Shown here: positions 63,101 to 64,000 of the stretch, in pieces
Position numbering within the stretch: the stretch's first letter is position 1
How the letters are laid out: each line of letters begins with the position of its first letter
Assembly: GCA_013265495.1 (NCBI GenBank)
Contig: MU058423.1
Location: 9,409,627 to 9,473,626 of the forward strand
Source: Vicugna vicugna
Taxonomy: Eukaryota
Direction: 5' to 3'
Length of the DNA: 64,000 nt
Program-made: the position numbers and the translations under genes
Notes under the pieces: generated by a model
The model's database searches: none
What the model was told of the DNA's origin: nothing
The model's input: the letters and a program-made list of their open reading frames with translations, nothing else

Positions 63101-63499
63101 AACTTCATTTCTTTACACAGTTATTTCTCTCTTTCATTTTCTACAGTTGCCTTGTCCTGACTTGCTCACTTCATTAGAAAAGGCCTATTTATAACACATA
63201 TAGCTTAGTGTGGATTGGAAACCCTGACTCATCCGGCCTCACTTTTAATAACTACCCAGACTGAATATTCGCCCCCTGACAGTGCTCAGTCTTTGCTATG
63301 GGAAAGGGACAGTGACCATATTTTAGTTCCAAGGCACTAGTAAGAGCTAGAAGTCATTTTGAAAATAATAAAACAATAAAATGCTTAGCCTGTATCTTGG
63401 AGACATTTTCCACCCCTTAAGATACATTCTCAAATGTCACATAATAGTGATGATAACATTTAGTGAGAACTTGGTTTACACCCAATGGTGTAAAGTCTT

Positions 63500-63641
63500 T
63501 TTGGGAGGAGGGAGGGGGGAGGTAATTAGAGTCATTCATTCATTCATTCATTCATTCATTTATAGTGGAGGTACCAGGGATTGAACCCAGGGCCACATGC
63601 ATGCTGACCATGCACTCTACCACTGAGCGACACCCTCCTCC
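63500..63641 (-). mobile_element. Vic-1-like SINE, long form, with internal (TCAT)7
   Basis: tRNA head GCTCAGTGGTAGAG...GGGTTCAATCCC; TSD TGGTGTAAAGTCTT 63486-63499 / TGGTGTAAATTCTT 63642-63655. Confidence 0.88.
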
Positions 63642-64000
63642 TGGTGTAAATTCTTGACGTATATTGACACACGATTTTCAGAACAACCTGGTGCGCTAAG
63701 TCCTATTAGCGATAGCTCAAGGGAAGGGCTGAATGGCTAGTGATCTGGCCATTCATTTAATACACAGAGCAAGAGTTAAAGGAGGGAGTTTGATTCTGAA
63801 CATCATGTGGTGGCTGCCTTCTGGGATCTAGCTGCCCTGGCACAAGATTCTTTTCTGGGGACAATGGCAAAGCCTGTGAGAATTAAAGAAGTAAAAATCT
63901 GAGCTGCAAGTCTGGGGAAGCACCATGGCCATGACTGTGATCTGGTCCAGTACGGGTGTCACCTTCGCAGTGGCTGGTTGTCTTTTAGGTAGTGCAGGGA

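Noticed and set aside
1..64000. CRISPR arrays, prokaryotic operons, a second protein-coding gene or a processed pseudogene
   Set aside because: No regular repeat-spacer pattern and no other spliceable or recognisable coding sequence seen; short non-coding RNAs could escape inspection by eye

Overview
Mammalian genomic DNA, very probably camelid: it carries five tRNA-Ala-derived SINEs of the Vic-1 type. The window holds the palmdelphin gene PALMD on the minus strand. Coding exons 1-7 lie at 40645-40601, 25460-25380, 20382-20258, 4927-4813, 4664-4631, 4509-4396 and 2591-1494. All have GT-AG boundaries and join into one uninterrupted frame. About 23 kb of upstream intergenic DNA follows. The usual last exon (human C-terminus ...ALRMRMAKLGKKVI, from recall) is not in the window and should lie left of base 1. 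The most notable feature is an in-frame read-through of exon 7 past its donor into GNKNGKACHCCLLM-stop. This is an intact paralemmin-type palmitoylation/CaaX anchor and gives a complete 551-aa membrane-targeted isoform within the window; to my recollection such a minor variant has been reported. Other points: upstream ORFs in the leader, a perfect inverted repeat beside a 34-nt exon, candidate enhancer motif clusters, and nested transposon insertions with target-site duplications (TSDs). The rest is old MIR/L2/L1/LTR/DNA-transposon sequence. I found no convincing evidence of a wholly new biological system. Repeat family names come from recalled consensus sequences, and old-repeat boundaries are approximate.
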